A stretch of DNA of 46,382 nucleotides from assembly GCA_029882515.1 (NCBI GenBank), contig JAOUKN010000003.1, positions 1 through 46,382 on the forward strand. The letters are read 5' to 3'. The position numbers and the translations under genes are program-made. The number at the start of each line of letters is the position of its first letter. Position 1 is the stretch's first letter. The DNA is from Candidatus Bathyarchaeota archaeon. Lineage in GTDB: Archaea > Thermoproteota > Bathyarchaeia > Bathyarchaeales > Bathyarchaeaceae. The notes under the pieces are model-generated. The model saw only the letters and a list, made by a program, of their open reading frames with translations. It searched no databases and was not told where the DNA came from. Below, one piece after another: positions 45,152 through 46,382 of this stretch.

Positions 45152-46382
45152 TTATTTCATTACGATTCCGTTTTGCATCAGGTCTTCAACAACGTAGTCT
45201 AGACCTAGTTTCCTTAGTTTCTCTGCCTTCGGGACTCCAGTTTTCAGATTCCATTCTCTTTCTATGTAATACTCGTTGAGCATTGGTCCCATTTCAAATA
45301 TCGCTCCTTTTGAGTTGCCGTCTGGAAGCGGCTCTTTCAAGAATCGTTCAGGTAGGTAATCGTCTTTCCTGCGGATTCCTTCTCGAACGACATATGCACG
45401 TTCTATGTTGACTATTCTTTCTCCAATCTCAAACATGAGGTCTTCAGTAAAATGAAATCCTGTTACAGCTTCAGCAATTTCGGCGGCTCGTTTAAAAGGT
45501 AGTAATTCCATGTTTTCAGCTAAGTTTTTGCAGGTCTCTAACGAATCTATTATTGCACACCAGTTTTCAAAATAGCGGACAAGTTTTCCTTTTCCTTTGG
45601 ATGCAAGCCGTAGAGTTGCCTCTGGGACACCGAACATTTCCTTACCTCTTTCTGGATTATCGCTCAATTCTATGAATGGCTCTGATCTCAGGTGGTCAGC
45701 GCCTCTGCTCGAGACTGCGTATCCTAAGCCGTAGCCTTTTAAGCCTCTTGGGTCCGCTTGTATGAGTTCTAAACCTTTTACATGAAACGCGATTTCTTGT
45801 CCTTTTCCGAGTTTTTCTGCTGCCTTTCGAACCCCCTCTGCAAGTAAGTCTCCGAATCCTCTACGATAGGCTATCTTTTCGACTAAAGCGAGGATTGCCT
45901 CTTCGTTTCCCCATGTCAGGTCAAGGCCGTCGGTGTCACTCTTTTTCAGTTCTCCTTTCTCATAAAGCTCCATCGCCCACGCGATGCATTCAGCCGTTGT
46001 TATAGCATCTAAACCCAATCGGTTCGCTAGGTCAACAGCCTTTAAGGCTAAGTCTAGATTTGGGTTACCCACTCTAGCAGTGAAACTGCTTAGGGCTTCA
46101 TATTCGGGGCCTTCCCCATAAAGTCCAGCGTATTCTCCTTTCCTTATTACATAAACTCGGCTACATGGGACTATACAGGAGAAGCAAGACCTGTTTTTTA
46201 CATTGTATTCTCTTGCTAATCTTTCACCGCTTACGTTAGCTGCGTGTTCGAATGTGGCTGAAGTGAAATGTCTGGTAGGTAAAATGCCAAATTTGTCTGC
46301 AAGCATCAAGATTCTGGTTGTTCCCATAATTCTACGGGGCCAATACTGCGGATGAACATAGGTCTCTTCTTTTATTTCGTCA
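45152..46382 (-). CDS. aor: Tungsten aldehyde:ferredoxin oxidoreductase family protein, 5'-truncated by the window edge
   Basis: CFSCIVPC, GPEYE, LGLDAIT, RGADHLR and DSLETC. The frame stays open upstream of 46327 to the edge (DEIKEETYVHPQYWPRRIMG). Confidence 0.88.
   Translation of the reverse strand, partial: DEIKEETYVHPQYWPRRIMGTTRILMLADKFGILPTRHFTSATFEHAANVSGERLAREYNVKNRSCFSCIVPCSRVYVIRKGEYAGLYGEGPEYEALSSFTARVGNPNLDLALKAVDLANRLGLDAITTAECIAWAMELYEKGELKKSDTDGLDLTWGNEEAILALVEKIAYRRGFGDLLAEGVRKAAEKLGKGQEIAFHVKGLELIQADPRGLKGYGLGYAVSSRGADHLRSEPFIELSDNPERGKEMFGVPEATLRLASKGKGKLVRYFENWCAIIDSLETCKNLAENMELLPFKRAAEIAEAVTGFHFTEDLMFEIGERIVNIERAYVVREGIRRKDDYLPERFLKEPLPDGNSKGAIFEMGPMLNEYYIEREWNLKTGVPKAEKLRKLGLDYVVEDLMQNGIVMK

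Overview
Archaeal chromosomal window. The gene content and protein styles suggest Bathyarchaeia or a related TACK lineage; this is an inference, not a measured placement. The left half (1-23145, minus strand) is a cluster of secreted surface proteins linked by cohesin/dockerin modules. It contains a 4817-aa protein with 51 PKD domains and a C-terminal dockerin, a PEF-CTERM DOMON/CBM9-like protein, an Ig-like protein with a dockerin, a cohesin+dockerin adaptor, and a scaffoldin-like protein with three cohesin-like domains. It also contains a family-5 ABC substrate-binding protein that ends in a dockerin and is transcribed divergently from its dppBCDF transporter. All eight dockerin Ca-loops share an unusual K[VI]R[VI][DN]D signature. 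No glycoside hydrolase is present, so this looks like a cellulosome-like adhesion/nutrient-capture scaffold rather than a cellulosome. The right half is mostly housekeeping: DNA ligase, an APC permease with small hairpin membrane proteins, nitroreductase, AlaX-M, purA, a GT2, a ComEC-like MBL hydrolase, YegP, a GcvH-like protein lacking its lipoyl lysine, mre11-rad50 and a partial AOR. It also holds a box C/D guide sRNA (predicted targets 23S C1920 and 16S C1402) and a likely homolog of eukaryotic ribosomal protein eL22 directly after purA. All calls come from reading motifs by eye; no searches were run.
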